IMG/VR virus record: IMGVR_UViG_3300036773_000058
Location: 1-36,389 of that record
Direction: 5' to 3' (one strand)
DNA length: 36,389 nucleotides
Source: a virus
Lineage: Duplodnaviria; Caudoviricetes
Position 1 is the first letter of the stretch. Every line of letters begins with the position of its first letter. The notes beneath the pieces were generated by a model, which was given only the letters and a program-made list of their open reading frames with translations, was not told where the DNA came from and searched no databases. A program made the translations under genes and the position numbers. This document shows, in pieces, positions 8,662 to 16,666 of this stretch.

Positions 8662-9837
8662 ATGAAACGGGCGGACTTCGCCGCCGAACTAGCGCGCCGA
8701 CGCGCCGACGCCGGCCTGAGCCTGGCCGACCTCGCGGCGCGGGCACACCTACACCGTGGATACGCCGGCAACGTCGAACACGGCAAGCGCTGGCCCACCG
8801 AGACTGTCGCCCGATCCCTCGACGACGCCCTGCACGCCGACGGGGAGCTACTGGCCACCTGGACCGCCGCAGACCGGCTGCCGCGCGTACGCGACACCAA
8901 CGGCCAGCCCACGGAACTGCTGGAGCTGGCCGCCCGCGCGCGAGCCAGCGACGTCTCCCCGACCACCCTGGATCTGCTGGACACCAGCGTCGACCAGATG
9001 GCGCGGGCCTACACGCGCCTGCCGCCTGCCGAACTACTGCGCGACGTGCGCACCAGCGCCCGGCAGATCAGCTCCCTACTCGACGGTCGGGCCACCCTGA
9101 CCCAACGGCGCCGCCTGCTCGTCACCGCCGGATGGCTGGCGCTGCTCGCGGCCACCCTGCACGTCGACCTCGGCCAGCGGGGTCCGGCGGGCGCGGCGCG
9201 CAACGTCGCCGGTTCCCTGGGGCACGAAACCGATCACGACGAGATCGGCGCCTGGGTTGCCGAGATCGACACCTGGGCCGCGCTGGTCGACCAGGACTGG
9301 CCACGAGCCGCGACCCTGGCCGCAGCCGGGGAAGCTGTCGCACCGATAGGTAGCCCTGTCGCGGCCCAGTTAGCGATGCAATCAGCCCGCACAGCCGCCC
9401 GCCTCGGAGACAGCCAAGGAATGCGAGCAGCGCTGCACCGAAGCGCGACCGCAGCGGATCGGCAATCACGGGACCGCCCCCCTGACCACCACTTCCAATT
9501 CGACGCGAGCAAACGCGACCTCTACACGGGCACATCCCTAGCGTGGCTAGGCGACCCCGCCGCTGAGGACTACACCCGGCACGCCACAACCCGGTTCAGC
9601 ACAGGCAGCCAACCCCGCCGGCTCGCGACCGCCCACCTCGATCTGGGGCTGGTGCTGGCGCGGCTCGGGCGCCCCGACGAAGCCGCACACTGCGGCGTGC
9701 TCGCGCTAGAAGCGAACCACCTCGTGCCATCGAACGCCTGGCGGGCCGACGAACTGATCGCCGCCGTGGGCGGGTATCACGGTGTGCCGGAAGTTGAGGC
9801 CCTGCGTGAGCTGAACGCCCAGCGCAAGAGGAGCTGA
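8662..9837 (+). CDS. XRE-family HTH transcriptional regulator with C-terminal TPR-like helical domain
   Basis: ELARRRADAGLSLADLAARAHLHRGYAGNVEHGKRWP HTH and LDDAL.A.GEL, followed by a long Ala/Leu-rich helical region. In-frame ATG at 8662. Confidence 0.88.
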   Translation: MKRADFAAELARRRADAGLSLADLAARAHLHRGYAGNVEHGKRWPTETVARSLDDALHADGELLATWTAADRLPRVRDTNGQPTELLELAARARASDVSPTTLDLLDTSVDQMARAYTRLPPAELLRDVRTSARQISSLLDGRATLTQRRRLLVTAGWLALLAATLHVDLGQRGPAGAARNVAGSLGHETDHDEIGAWVAEIDTWAALVDQDWPRAATLAAAGEAVAPIGSPVAAQLAMQSARTAARLGDSQGMRAALHRSATAADRQSRDRPPDHHFQFDASKRDLYTGTSLAWLGDPAAEDYTRHATTRFSTGSQPRRLATAHLDLGLVLARLGRPDEAAHCGVLALEANHLVPSNAWRADELIAAVGGYHGVPEVEALRELNAQRKRS

Positions 9838-9880
9838 CACGTCACGGCCCCCAGGGCAGTCCCAAGGGGGCCGTGACGTG
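9838..9880 (+). terminator. Perfect 15-bp stem-loop immediately after the regulator stop
   Basis: CACGTCACGGCCCCC-N13-GGGGGCCGTGACGTG. Confidence 0.75.
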
Positions 9881-9954
9881 ACCGTCGTGTCCACACCGTG
9901 AGGCGTGCCGGTCACGGTCCAGGGTGGCACGCGGTGCCGAGTCGTGGGCGGTGG

Positions 9955-10265
9955 CACGCCCAGGACGGCGTTAAAACCGGACAAGCAGGACAGGACGGAT
10001 AAGACGGATAGGGGACGGGTAGGACCACGCATCTGTCCCTCACGTTCCCGCAGGTCAGCCCCGGTGCCTGGCCCGTCTAGGACGGATGGACAGATCAAAT
10101 ACCGAGATTAGTCCTTGATAGGACTTCCGCCCTCTAGGGGAGTAAGCACGGCGAACCATCCGTCCATCCGTCCTAGACGCCCCCGGCACGTGCCCTGACC
10201 TGCACAAACGGAAAGGACGGGTGCACGCGCACCCGTCCTTTGATCCGTCCTCGATCCGTCCTGCG
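9955..10265. repeat. Putative replication origin: convergent GGACGG/CCGTCC iterons and long inverted repeats
   Basis: About 10 GGACGG-type units; a 20/21 inverted repeat at 10075-10095 vs 10158-10178; a perfect 13-bp hairpin at 10212-10241; directly downstream of the helicase. Confidence 0.65.
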
Positions 10266-10268
10266 CGC

Positions 10269-11972
10269 CTACCGTGGCTCGACGAACTCCTCTGACGTCC
10301 GCAACCGCAGGCCCCGCCAGCCGCGCTGCTGGTCGACCTTGCAGGGCGTGAACCCTCGGTCGCGGAGCAGCAGCGTGAAGCTCTTGATTGAGCCCATCTG
10401 CTCTGGGGGGATGCGACCTCCCTCGCAGTAGTCGCGGTAGGCCGACCAGAGCTGCACGCTGGTCACGCTGTAGCTCTCGTCCGGCTCGGTGTTGCCTGCG
10501 AGCCAGCTGTCGGCGATCGTGAGGCTGTCTCGGAGCTTCATCGTTTCCTGCACGACGGCGTGTGGCTGCTCCAGGCCGAAGGCGCAGTAGAGGTCCCATC
10601 CGTGCAGAAGCCAGTCGAGCACGCCGTCGGCCTCCTGCGTGCGGATCTTCTCGCCCAGGTCGCCGTCTTCCTCGGTTTCGCTGATGGTCACCGGCCAGGG
10701 CACGGCGACCAGGCGGCGCCACGTGGCGGGGTCTGCTCCCAGGATGGCCGGGGGGTGGTTGCAGGACAGGATCGGCATGAACGCGGCCTGGCGTTCGACA
10801 GTGGCGTCCTTTTTGGCGTAGAGGTCCCGTGCCTGCACGCTGTCATTGCCGGTGAGGCGCTTGACTTCGTCAGCGTGGAGCTGCCATCGCTGGCTGGATT
10901 CGGAGGCGAAGACCAGCCGGCGATCGATTGCCTTGAGGACGTCCGTGCGCGGTCCTTCGTCCATTTTCCCCCGGAACAGGGCGAGACTGAAGGGGCCGGC
11001 GTACTGCCCGAGCGCGTGCCGCACGGTCTCGGAGAACGTGCTCTTGCCTCCGCTGGTCGGTCCGATGAAGATCGGGAACAGCCGGCGGGGGTTGCCGGCG
11101 ATCAGGCCGTATCCCACGAGCTTCTGCACGTAGAGCCGCACTTCGGGGTCGGGCAGTGACCGTGCGAGGAACGCCTCCCACAGTGGCGCGGGTGCGCCGG
11201 TTCCAGGGCGACTTCCAGTGAGCTTCGTGAGGCGGTCGGCCCGCCTGGCCCTCCGGATAACGTGCCCGTCGGGCGTGAGTTCCACGGTGGCGTCGGGGCA
11301 GGCGAGCAGTCGAGGGTTGGCGTCCCACGCGTCAGAACGGGTGAGCACGCCGGGCTCGTCTCGGACGAGCTTGATCATGGCTCCGATGAGCTTGGCACAC
11401 TGCGAGACGTGTGCCCAGCTCTTGATCTCGTTGGCTTCGCCCCGCAGCCTCCGCGCCTCTACCTCGCCCTCTTCTCCGTTGCCCGCGACGACTTGGGCTC
11501 GGTTGCGGAGGGCTTCGGCTTGCTTTTCGAGTAGCTGCGGTACGCGCTTGGACCACCGCTGCACGACAGTGCCGTCGGGATCGCCCTGCCAGGAGGAGCC
11601 GGTCCAGATACGCCACCCGGCGGCGGGGTCGTGGGTGATTTCGCCGCCGGTGACCACGGCGAGCCGTCGCCCGTTCCCGGTGTCAGTGAGGGGGTCGAGT
11701 TCGCTGCTGCGGTTCCAGATGATCTTCGCGGTGGCGCACATGCGCTTGCCGTCGGCGAGCGGGTGGGCGTGCAGCAGCGCGCAGGCACCTTCAACCGTGG
11801 CGTCGTTGTGCGTGTACCGGTAGAGCCGGATGAGCCACAGCAGCAGGTCGTTTTTTTCGGTGCCGGGCACGACGGGGGCGGCCAGGGCGGCGGCGAGTCG
11901 GTCGTCGGCGAGCAGGGCGTCGATGTCGACCTGCTCGTGGGCGCAGCGGTGCAGGGGGGTTGGCGCGGTCAT
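10269..11972 (-). CDS. D5/P4-family SF3 replicative helicase (phage/plasmid primase P4 C-terminal type)
   Basis: D5_N-like LTDTGNGRRL...WRIWTGSSW, Walker A GPTSGGKST, RLVFASES, VKRLTGND, CNHPP and ATWRRL. ATG at 11972 overlaps the upstream stop. Confidence 0.9.
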   Translation of the reverse strand: MTAPTPLHRCAHEQVDIDALLADDRLAAALAAPVVPGTEKNDLLLWLIRLYRYTHNDATVEGACALLHAHPLADGKRMCATAKIIWNRSSELDPLTDTGNGRRLAVVTGGEITHDPAAGWRIWTGSSWQGDPDGTVVQRWSKRVPQLLEKQAEALRNRAQVVAGNGEEGEVEARRLRGEANEIKSWAHVSQCAKLIGAMIKLVRDEPGVLTRSDAWDANPRLLACPDATVELTPDGHVIRRARRADRLTKLTGSRPGTGAPAPLWEAFLARSLPDPEVRLYVQKLVGYGLIAGNPRRLFPIFIGPTSGGKSTFSETVRHALGQYAGPFSLALFRGKMDEGPRTDVLKAIDRRLVFASESSQRWQLHADEVKRLTGNDSVQARDLYAKKDATVERQAAFMPILSCNHPPAILGADPATWRRLVAVPWPVTISETEEDGDLGEKIRTQEADGVLDWLLHGWDLYCAFGLEQPHAVVQETMKLRDSLTIADSWLAGNTEPDESYSVTSVQLWSAYRDYCEGGRIPPEQMGSIKSFTLLLRDRGFTPCKVDQQRGWRGLRLRTSEEFVEPR

Positions 11973-12586
11973 CGGTTCACCGCCAGGGTGATGTAGCGGC
12001 GCATGGTGCGCTGTTTGGCGGTCCGCATGTGCTGGTCGAACTGCGCCCAGTCGATGTCGTGGTCCGGGTCTCCGTCGGCCATCTCGGCTACGCCCTGGTG
12101 GATGTTGGTGAGGTGCCCGGCGGTCTCGGTGTAGCAACGGCTGAACTTGGCCAGCTCGGCGGCGACGGCCGCCGTGGTGGGCTGGTCGAGGGGCCGGTGC
12201 AGCAGCCGCAGGACGTCGATGTTGGTGATGCGGCGGGCCGTGTGAGGGTCCAGCCGGATAGCGTCCAGGGCTTCGATCGTGAGCTGGGCGATCCGGGGTG
12301 AAGGGATCGGGTAGTTCACGGGGGGCTCGTCCGGGTCGGCGTTGGGGCACGCGTGGAGCGACCAGGCGGCGCTGGTGCCCACCCACTTGCAGTCGACGCA
12401 TCCGTGGAGGGAATCGGGCGAGTTGTACCGGGCGTGGCGCGGGGGCTCGTGACGGGCTTCGGCGTAATTTGGGGAGTTTTGCCCGTCAGTGGCATGCGAT
12501 AGCATCGGAGGGCTCTGATTTCTGGCGCGAGTGGTGGGCACTACGCGTCTTGCCGTACCGGGCCCCTGCCGGAACAGCTGCTTCAC
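11969..12586 (-). CDS. Hypothetical protein with a possible Zn-binding motif, coupled to the helicase
   Basis: CVDC...HAC motif; ATGA overlap with the helicase. The start may be downstream, near 12503. Confidence 0.6.
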   Translation of the reverse strand: MKQLFRQGPGTARRVVPTTRARNQSPPMLSHATDGQNSPNYAEARHEPPRHARYNSPDSLHGCVDCKWVGTSAAWSLHACPNADPDEPPVNYPIPSPRIAQLTIEALDAIRLDPHTARRITNIDVLRLLHRPLDQPTTAAVAAELAKFSRCYTETAGHLTNIHQGVAEMADGDPDHDIDWAQFDQHMRTAKQRTMRRYITLAVNR

Positions 12587-12767
12587 TCAGCTGGGCGGGG
12601 GCTTTGGTGCATCTAGCTAGCGGTGCAGCTCTCGGTGGCGGGGCGTACCACCGGGGCGTTCATTCTCTGGCCATTCGTCGGCGCCAGTAGCGCGCAGAGT
12701 CGGGCTCGTCTCTCATCAGTCAGCGGCGGCGCTGCGGCGATGGCCTTGGCGACGGCTTCCTGGTAGG

Positions 12768-13013
12768 TCACGCGGCGCTGCCGATCCTGCGGGCGCGTCT
12801 GGCGGCGCCGGAGCGGCGGCCCATCTCGGCACGAAACTCTCGCCGTGCCTGCTCAGCGAGTTGGGTGCGCTCGTCTTCTGGCAGCTCGCCGTTGGGGTCG
12901 ACCTTGACCTTGAAACGGTCCAGGTCGGCGGCGCCTGGGTTCGGTGTCTTCGCCCACCGGTGAGCGACGAGTGCGCTCCCGGCGAGGGAGAGGGGTGAGC
13001 CGGTGGCTCCCAT
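12768..13013 (-). CDS. Small basic protein downstream of the integrase (candidate directionality factor or regulator)
   Basis: AHRWAKT...F...VDPNGELPEDER...SGAARRARR; GAAAGGTAGG RBS; has its own promoter. Confidence 0.65.
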   Translation of the reverse strand: MGATGSPLSLAGSALVAHRWAKTPNPGAADLDRFKVKVDPNGELPEDERTQLAEQARREFRAEMGRRSGAARRARRIGSAA

Positions 13014-13062
13014 CTGGTCCTACCTTTCGTGTAGTCGAAAGGTGGGGCCGGAACACTTCGTA

Positions 13063-13091
13063 ACGTTAGTACTCGGGTGGTCGTAGGTCAA
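13063..13091 (-). promoter_or_regulatory. Housekeeping-sigma promoter for the replication operon
   Basis: TTGACC (13091-13086), 17-bp spacer, TAACGT (13068-13063). Confidence 0.7.
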
Positions 13092-13173
13092 GTCGAGACA
13101 TGCTTCGGCGCGTTTCGGAACAATGGCGAGGGTACCATTCATGGAAATGGAACAATGCGCGTTCCTACCACAT

Positions 13174-14571
13174 TTACTGGCGCCACTCCTTGCGCACTGA
13201 GTCGGTACTGAAGTATCCACCTCCAGGGCGGCGTCCACGTGGCGCCGGGAGCAATGTCACCACCATCAGCGTGTCGATGACGGCCTTGCGACGGGACACC
13301 GTCGCCGCCTCCCAGGCTGCTGCCACGTCCTCCGCGTCGGCGAAGCCCTCCAGTGGTGACCCCACTGCGGCACCGGCCATCTCAGCGGCGATCTCAGCCT
13401 GTCGCGCCTGGATCCGCGCGCGCTGGACTTCGAGTTCCCCTCGGGTTATGACCCCGTCGGTGAACATCTCAGCCAGGCCCCCGTTGCGCACCCGCAGCGC
13501 CTCGGACTCGGCCACCAGCGCCGCCGTGTCGACGTCGGGAGCCGTGCGTAGCAGCAGCCGTGCGTCGGGCTGACTCAGCCGCCCGATCACCACGTCGGTG
13601 ATGAACTGGTCGACCGGTTCGGCGACCCGCGCCAGGTGCGCCCCGGCCTTGCACCGGTAGGTGGGCCGCTTCGGGCCGCCGGTGCTGCCACTGGTGCTGG
13701 CGCTGCGCATCGTGGTGATGCCGTCGTTGCACACCCCGCACAGGAACAGCCCGGAGCCCAGCCAGCGCCGGTCCGCGCTGCGGGCTCGGCGCCGGGACGG
13801 GTCGCCCAGCAGTAGGCAGACGGCAGCCCAGGCGTCCTCGGGGACAATGGCCGGCCACTTGGCCTTCGCTAGCGGCTTCCCCTCGTGCTCGACGATCGCG
13901 GCGTTGCGGGGTCGGATCAGCACGCGGTGCAGGGAGATGGAGGTCCACGGGGAGCCGGCGGATGAGGTGATGCCACGGGAGTTCCACTCGCGGGCGATGC
14001 TGGCGAGCGTTTCACCGTGGAGCACCCGCCGGGTGGCGTCGAGCACGGCGGTGGCCTCGGCCGGTCGCACGGTGACGCCGTCGGGCTCGTAGCCGAAAGG
14101 GCGGCGGCCACCTCGGTACTCGCCGGCCTGCCCGGCTTGGAGTTTGGCGGCCTTCTGACGCTCGATCATGTGCTCCACCTCGTGACGCGCTACCGCGCCA
14201 GTAATTCTCGCGGTCATCCGCCCTGATGCGGTGGACAGGTCCAGCTGGCCAGCTTTGACGAAGTGCGTTGGCACCGCGCCGCAGGCGTCGATGTACTCCT
14301 CCAGCTCGGAGGTGGAGCGGTGTAGCCGGTCGTTGTGCCATGCGAGCACGGCGTCGGCTCGCCCAGCCTTGACGTCGGCCAGCAGTGCTCGGTAGCCGGG
14401 TCGCCGTTTGCCGGAGTATGCGGACAGGTCGTTGTCGGTGTGCACGACTGTGACGGCCCAGCCCAGGCGAGCGGCTAGCTCACGGCAGTCCTGCTCCTGG
14501 CGGTCGACACCGAGACCTGCGCCAGCCCTATCGCGGGAGATGCGGCAGTAGATGGCCGCGAGCCGGTGCAT
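13174..14571 (-). CDS. int: Large serine recombinase (integrase), phiRv1-like architecture
   Basis: AAIYCRISRD...GVDRQEQDC, DNDLSA, DRLHRS, GGRRPFGY, a recombinase domain, Zn ribbon LFLCGVC...YRC and a coiled coil. Confidence 0.95.
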   Translation of the reverse strand: MHRLAAIYCRISRDRAGAGLGVDRQEQDCRELAARLGWAVTVVHTDNDLSAYSGKRRPGYRALLADVKAGRADAVLAWHNDRLHRSTSELEEYIDACGAVPTHFVKAGQLDLSTASGRMTARITGAVARHEVEHMIERQKAAKLQAGQAGEYRGGRRPFGYEPDGVTVRPAEATAVLDATRRVLHGETLASIAREWNSRGITSSAGSPWTSISLHRVLIRPRNAAIVEHEGKPLAKAKWPAIVPEDAWAAVCLLLGDPSRRRARSADRRWLGSGLFLCGVCNDGITTMRSASTSGSTGGPKRPTYRCKAGAHLARVAEPVDQFITDVVIGRLSQPDARLLLRTAPDVDTAALVAESEALRVRNGGLAEMFTDGVITRGELEVQRARIQARQAEIAAEMAGAAVGSPLEGFADAEDVAAAWEAATVSRRKAVIDTLMVVTLLPAPRGRRPGGGYFSTDSVRKEWRQ

Positions 14572-14594
14572 CCGCAAAGTATATGTGACTGGTG

Positions 14595-14623
14595 TTGACG
14601 TTGGCTACATCGCAGCATAGGAT
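14595..14623 (+). promoter_or_regulatory. Housekeeping-sigma promoter for the transfer operon
   Basis: TTGACG, 17-bp spacer, TAGGAT. Confidence 0.7.
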
Positions 14624-14713
14624 TTGACATGTATAGATCCAGCCGCATAAGTCGGCCCCGCACACCGCTAGCACGGTGATACGGGGCCTAGATCGGACAA
14701 CGGAGGTCCGACC

Positions 14714-14923
14714 GTGAGCACTGATTATGCAGGTACATCCACTGATTCCCGCGTGCATCTCGCACTGGGTGAGCTGACCCACTACCACCAGGTGGCGCAG
14801 CGCGCCACGAGAGACCGACTGGCTGCGGTCGGCACTGCACTAGCCGCCGGGGCGACCCCGGAGCAGGCGCAGAACGCGATGAACGGACTGGGGATAACCG
14901 ACGCGCTCCTGCGGAGCCTCTGA
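14714..14923 (+). CDS. Small helical hypothetical protein (paralog 1)
   Basis: GGAGG RBS; ALAAGATPEQAQNAMNGL; TGATG coupling to the next gene. Confidence 0.7.
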   Translation: MSTDYAGTSTDSRVHLALGELTHYHQVAQRATRDRLAAVGTALAAGATPEQAQNAMNGLGITDALLRSL

Positions 14924-15156
14924 TGACCGCCCTCACTGTGGTTACCAGTAACCCAGCTATCGCCCCCACCCGTACCGCCTATGCCCTGATCGACCTGTCC
15001 TATGAGGTCGCCGTCCTGCGCTGCGCACGACTGAATCTGGCCGCCGCTGCCCGTGCCGCGTTGGACGCTGGTGCGAGCTGGGATGAGCTGGATGCCGCTA
15101 TCGGTGGTCTGGACGTCGTTGACGTGCTCGCGATCCTCACGGAGGACTCACGGTGA
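14923..15156 (+). CDS. Small helical hypothetical protein (paralog 2)
   Basis: ALDAGASWDELDAAIGGL; coupled on both sides. Confidence 0.7.
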   Translation: MTALTVVTSNPAIAPTRTAYALIDLSYEVAVLRCARLNLAAAARAALDAGASWDELDAAIGGLDVVDVLAILTEDSR

Positions 15157-16121
15157 TCACGCACGCCACCCTGGAGCGCACCAGTCGCCGGATCGTCTGG
15201 GGCACGTGGGGCTGCGCCGCCATCGTCATGGTGGCCAGCGCCGCGAATGCCGCGTTGACCTACGGCGCGCTGGGTGACAATCGGGCTCTGGGCTTGGCGA
15301 CCGGCGTTGCTGTGGACATCGGTCTGTGCGTCGCACTGATCGGTGACCGACAGCTGTATGTGCATGGCCTGTCCTCGCACTGGGGGCGAGTCCTGCGCAT
15401 CACCACGGCGGCCATGTCGCTGATCCTCAACACCGGGATCGCGGTACGCGACGGCCACTACTTCCTGGCGCTGATGCACGCGTTCCTGCCGATCCTGCTG
15501 GTGGTGCTCACTGAGTACGGGCAGGACGTGCTGCTCCAGTTCGCCGCGCTGGCACAGGCCGAACACGCGAACACCCCGCTGGACTATTCCGGTGGCCCAG
15601 CGGGGCGTGCCGACACAGTACTACCGGGCCGCGACAGCCTGGGTAATTCCGTCCCGCTGTCGCGTCCCGGCCCCAACAACGTCGAGCCGATCCACCCTCT
15701 TGATAGTCCCGGTTCCGGGGTGGAGCGGCGCAACGCGGGCCCGCTGGTGGTGGCCGGTCCGCTGCCTGTCCCGGACCGCACGGTTGTTCCGGTCGTGCGG
15801 TCTGGGGCGGGGCAACCTGTCGCGACAAACGGTGCGACAGAACCCGCGACAACACAGCCACCGCAGCGCGACAAGCCGCGCGACAAAACCGCGACAGCCG
15901 GCGCGACAAAGCGTGCGACACGGGCGCGACAAGCCAAGCCCGCGACAGCGGAGCAGCGCCGCGCGTGGGTGCGACAACAGCGCGACAGCGGTCGCACCGT
16001 GACGGGCGCTGACGTGCACAAACAGTTCGCCGATGCGCCGCGTGACGGTGCACGGATCGTGCGACAGGTCGACGCGGAACTCGAAGCTGAGTTGCGCGCT
16101 GTCGCGGCCGGAGAGAGGTAG
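15153..16121 (+). CDS. Spd-like (SpdB/DUF2637-type) multi-pass membrane protein with a Pro-rich linker and possible C-terminal HTH
   Basis: Four N-terminal hydrophobic helices, a low-complexity linker and C-terminal TGADVHKQF...GARIVRQ; upstream of the TraB-like gene. Confidence 0.7.
   Translation: MITHATLERTSRRIVWGTWGCAAIVMVASAANAALTYGALGDNRALGLATGVAVDIGLCVALIGDRQLYVHGLSSHWGRVLRITTAAMSLILNTGIAVRDGHYFLALMHAFLPILLVVLTEYGQDVLLQFAALAQAEHANTPLDYSGGPAGRADTVLPGRDSLGNSVPLSRPGPNNVEPIHPLDSPGSGVERRNAGPLVVAGPLPVPDRTVVPVVRSGAGQPVATNGATEPATTQPPQRDKPRDKTATAGATKRATRARQAKPATAEQRRAWVRQQRDSGRTVTGADVHKQFADAPRDGARIVRQVDAELEAELRAVAAGER
15822..15987 (+). repeat. Array of 12 direct GCGACA repeats, mostly 11-12 bp apart (clt-like)
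   Basis: Copies start at 15822, 15834, 15846, 15868, 15880, 15891, 15903, 15915, 15926, 15942, 15971 and 15982, with an outlier at 16061. Confidence 0.85.
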
Positions 16122-16127
16122 GTCGAG

Positions 16128-16355
16128 GTGATCGTGTTCGCAGTGGTGATCGTGGTGTTGCTCGCCGGGATGGTCGTGGGTTGGGCGGTCCACCGGGGCG
16201 TCGACCAGCGGTACGTCGAGCGACGTGCCCAGTGGATCGCACGCAACGAACTGGCCCCTCGACTGCCCCAACCCCGCTACGCCGACGACGTGATCGAGGC
16301 CGAGCTGCTGTACGCGACGTCGGCCCGACTGGACCGACCGGAGGTGACGCGATGA
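16128..16355 (+). CDS. Small single-TM protein (spread-protein-like)
   Basis: Hydrophobic N-terminus MIVFAVVIVVLLAGMVVGW; lies within the tra operon. Confidence 0.65.
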   Translation: MIVFAVVIVVLLAGMVVGWAVHRGVDQRYVERRAQWIARNELAPRLPQPRYADDVIEAELLYATSARLDRPEVTR

Positions 16356-16666
16356 GTGCCAAGCGGACGCCCATCCCGAAGACAGCCAGGGCCGTGGCGA
16401 TCACCCGCCACTTCGTGAAGTCGCTGCGGAAGCCAGACAGCGGCAATCGCCCGCGCAAGGGCGGCTCCGAGGGGAGGGAAGTGGGCAACTCGTGGGTGCG
16501 GTGTCGGTCCTGCAACCAGTTCAACCCGCCCACGGCCTATTTGTGCAGTGAGCATCTGTGGGTGTGCGGGAGCTGCTGTGACTACCCGCACGACGAAGAC
16601 GACGAGTACGACCAGGAGCTGCCTGGCCTGGAAGGCGACGAAGATGGAGAGGATGACGAGCGGTGA
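16352..16666 (+). CDS. Small Zn-finger protein with acidic tail
   Basis: ATGA overlap at 16352; CRSC...CSEH...CGSC followed by a D/E-rich C-terminus; GTGA overlap with traB. Confidence 0.65.
   Translation: MSAKRTPIPKTARAVAITRHFVKSLRKPDSGNRPRKGGSEGREVGNSWVRCRSCNQFNPPTAYLCSEHLWVCGSCCDYPHDEDDEYDQELPGLEGDEDGEDDER

Noticed and set aside
11973-12401. N-terminal extension of the helicase ORF (710-aa call)
   Set aside because: It is an Arg/Pro/His-rich off-frame translation overlapping the real upstream gene. The ATG at 11972 overlaps that gene's stop.
15822-15987. GCGACA array as a CRISPR or protein repeat
   Set aside because: The units are 6-8 bp with 5-6 bp gaps, there are no cas genes, and the motif occurs in all three reading frames.
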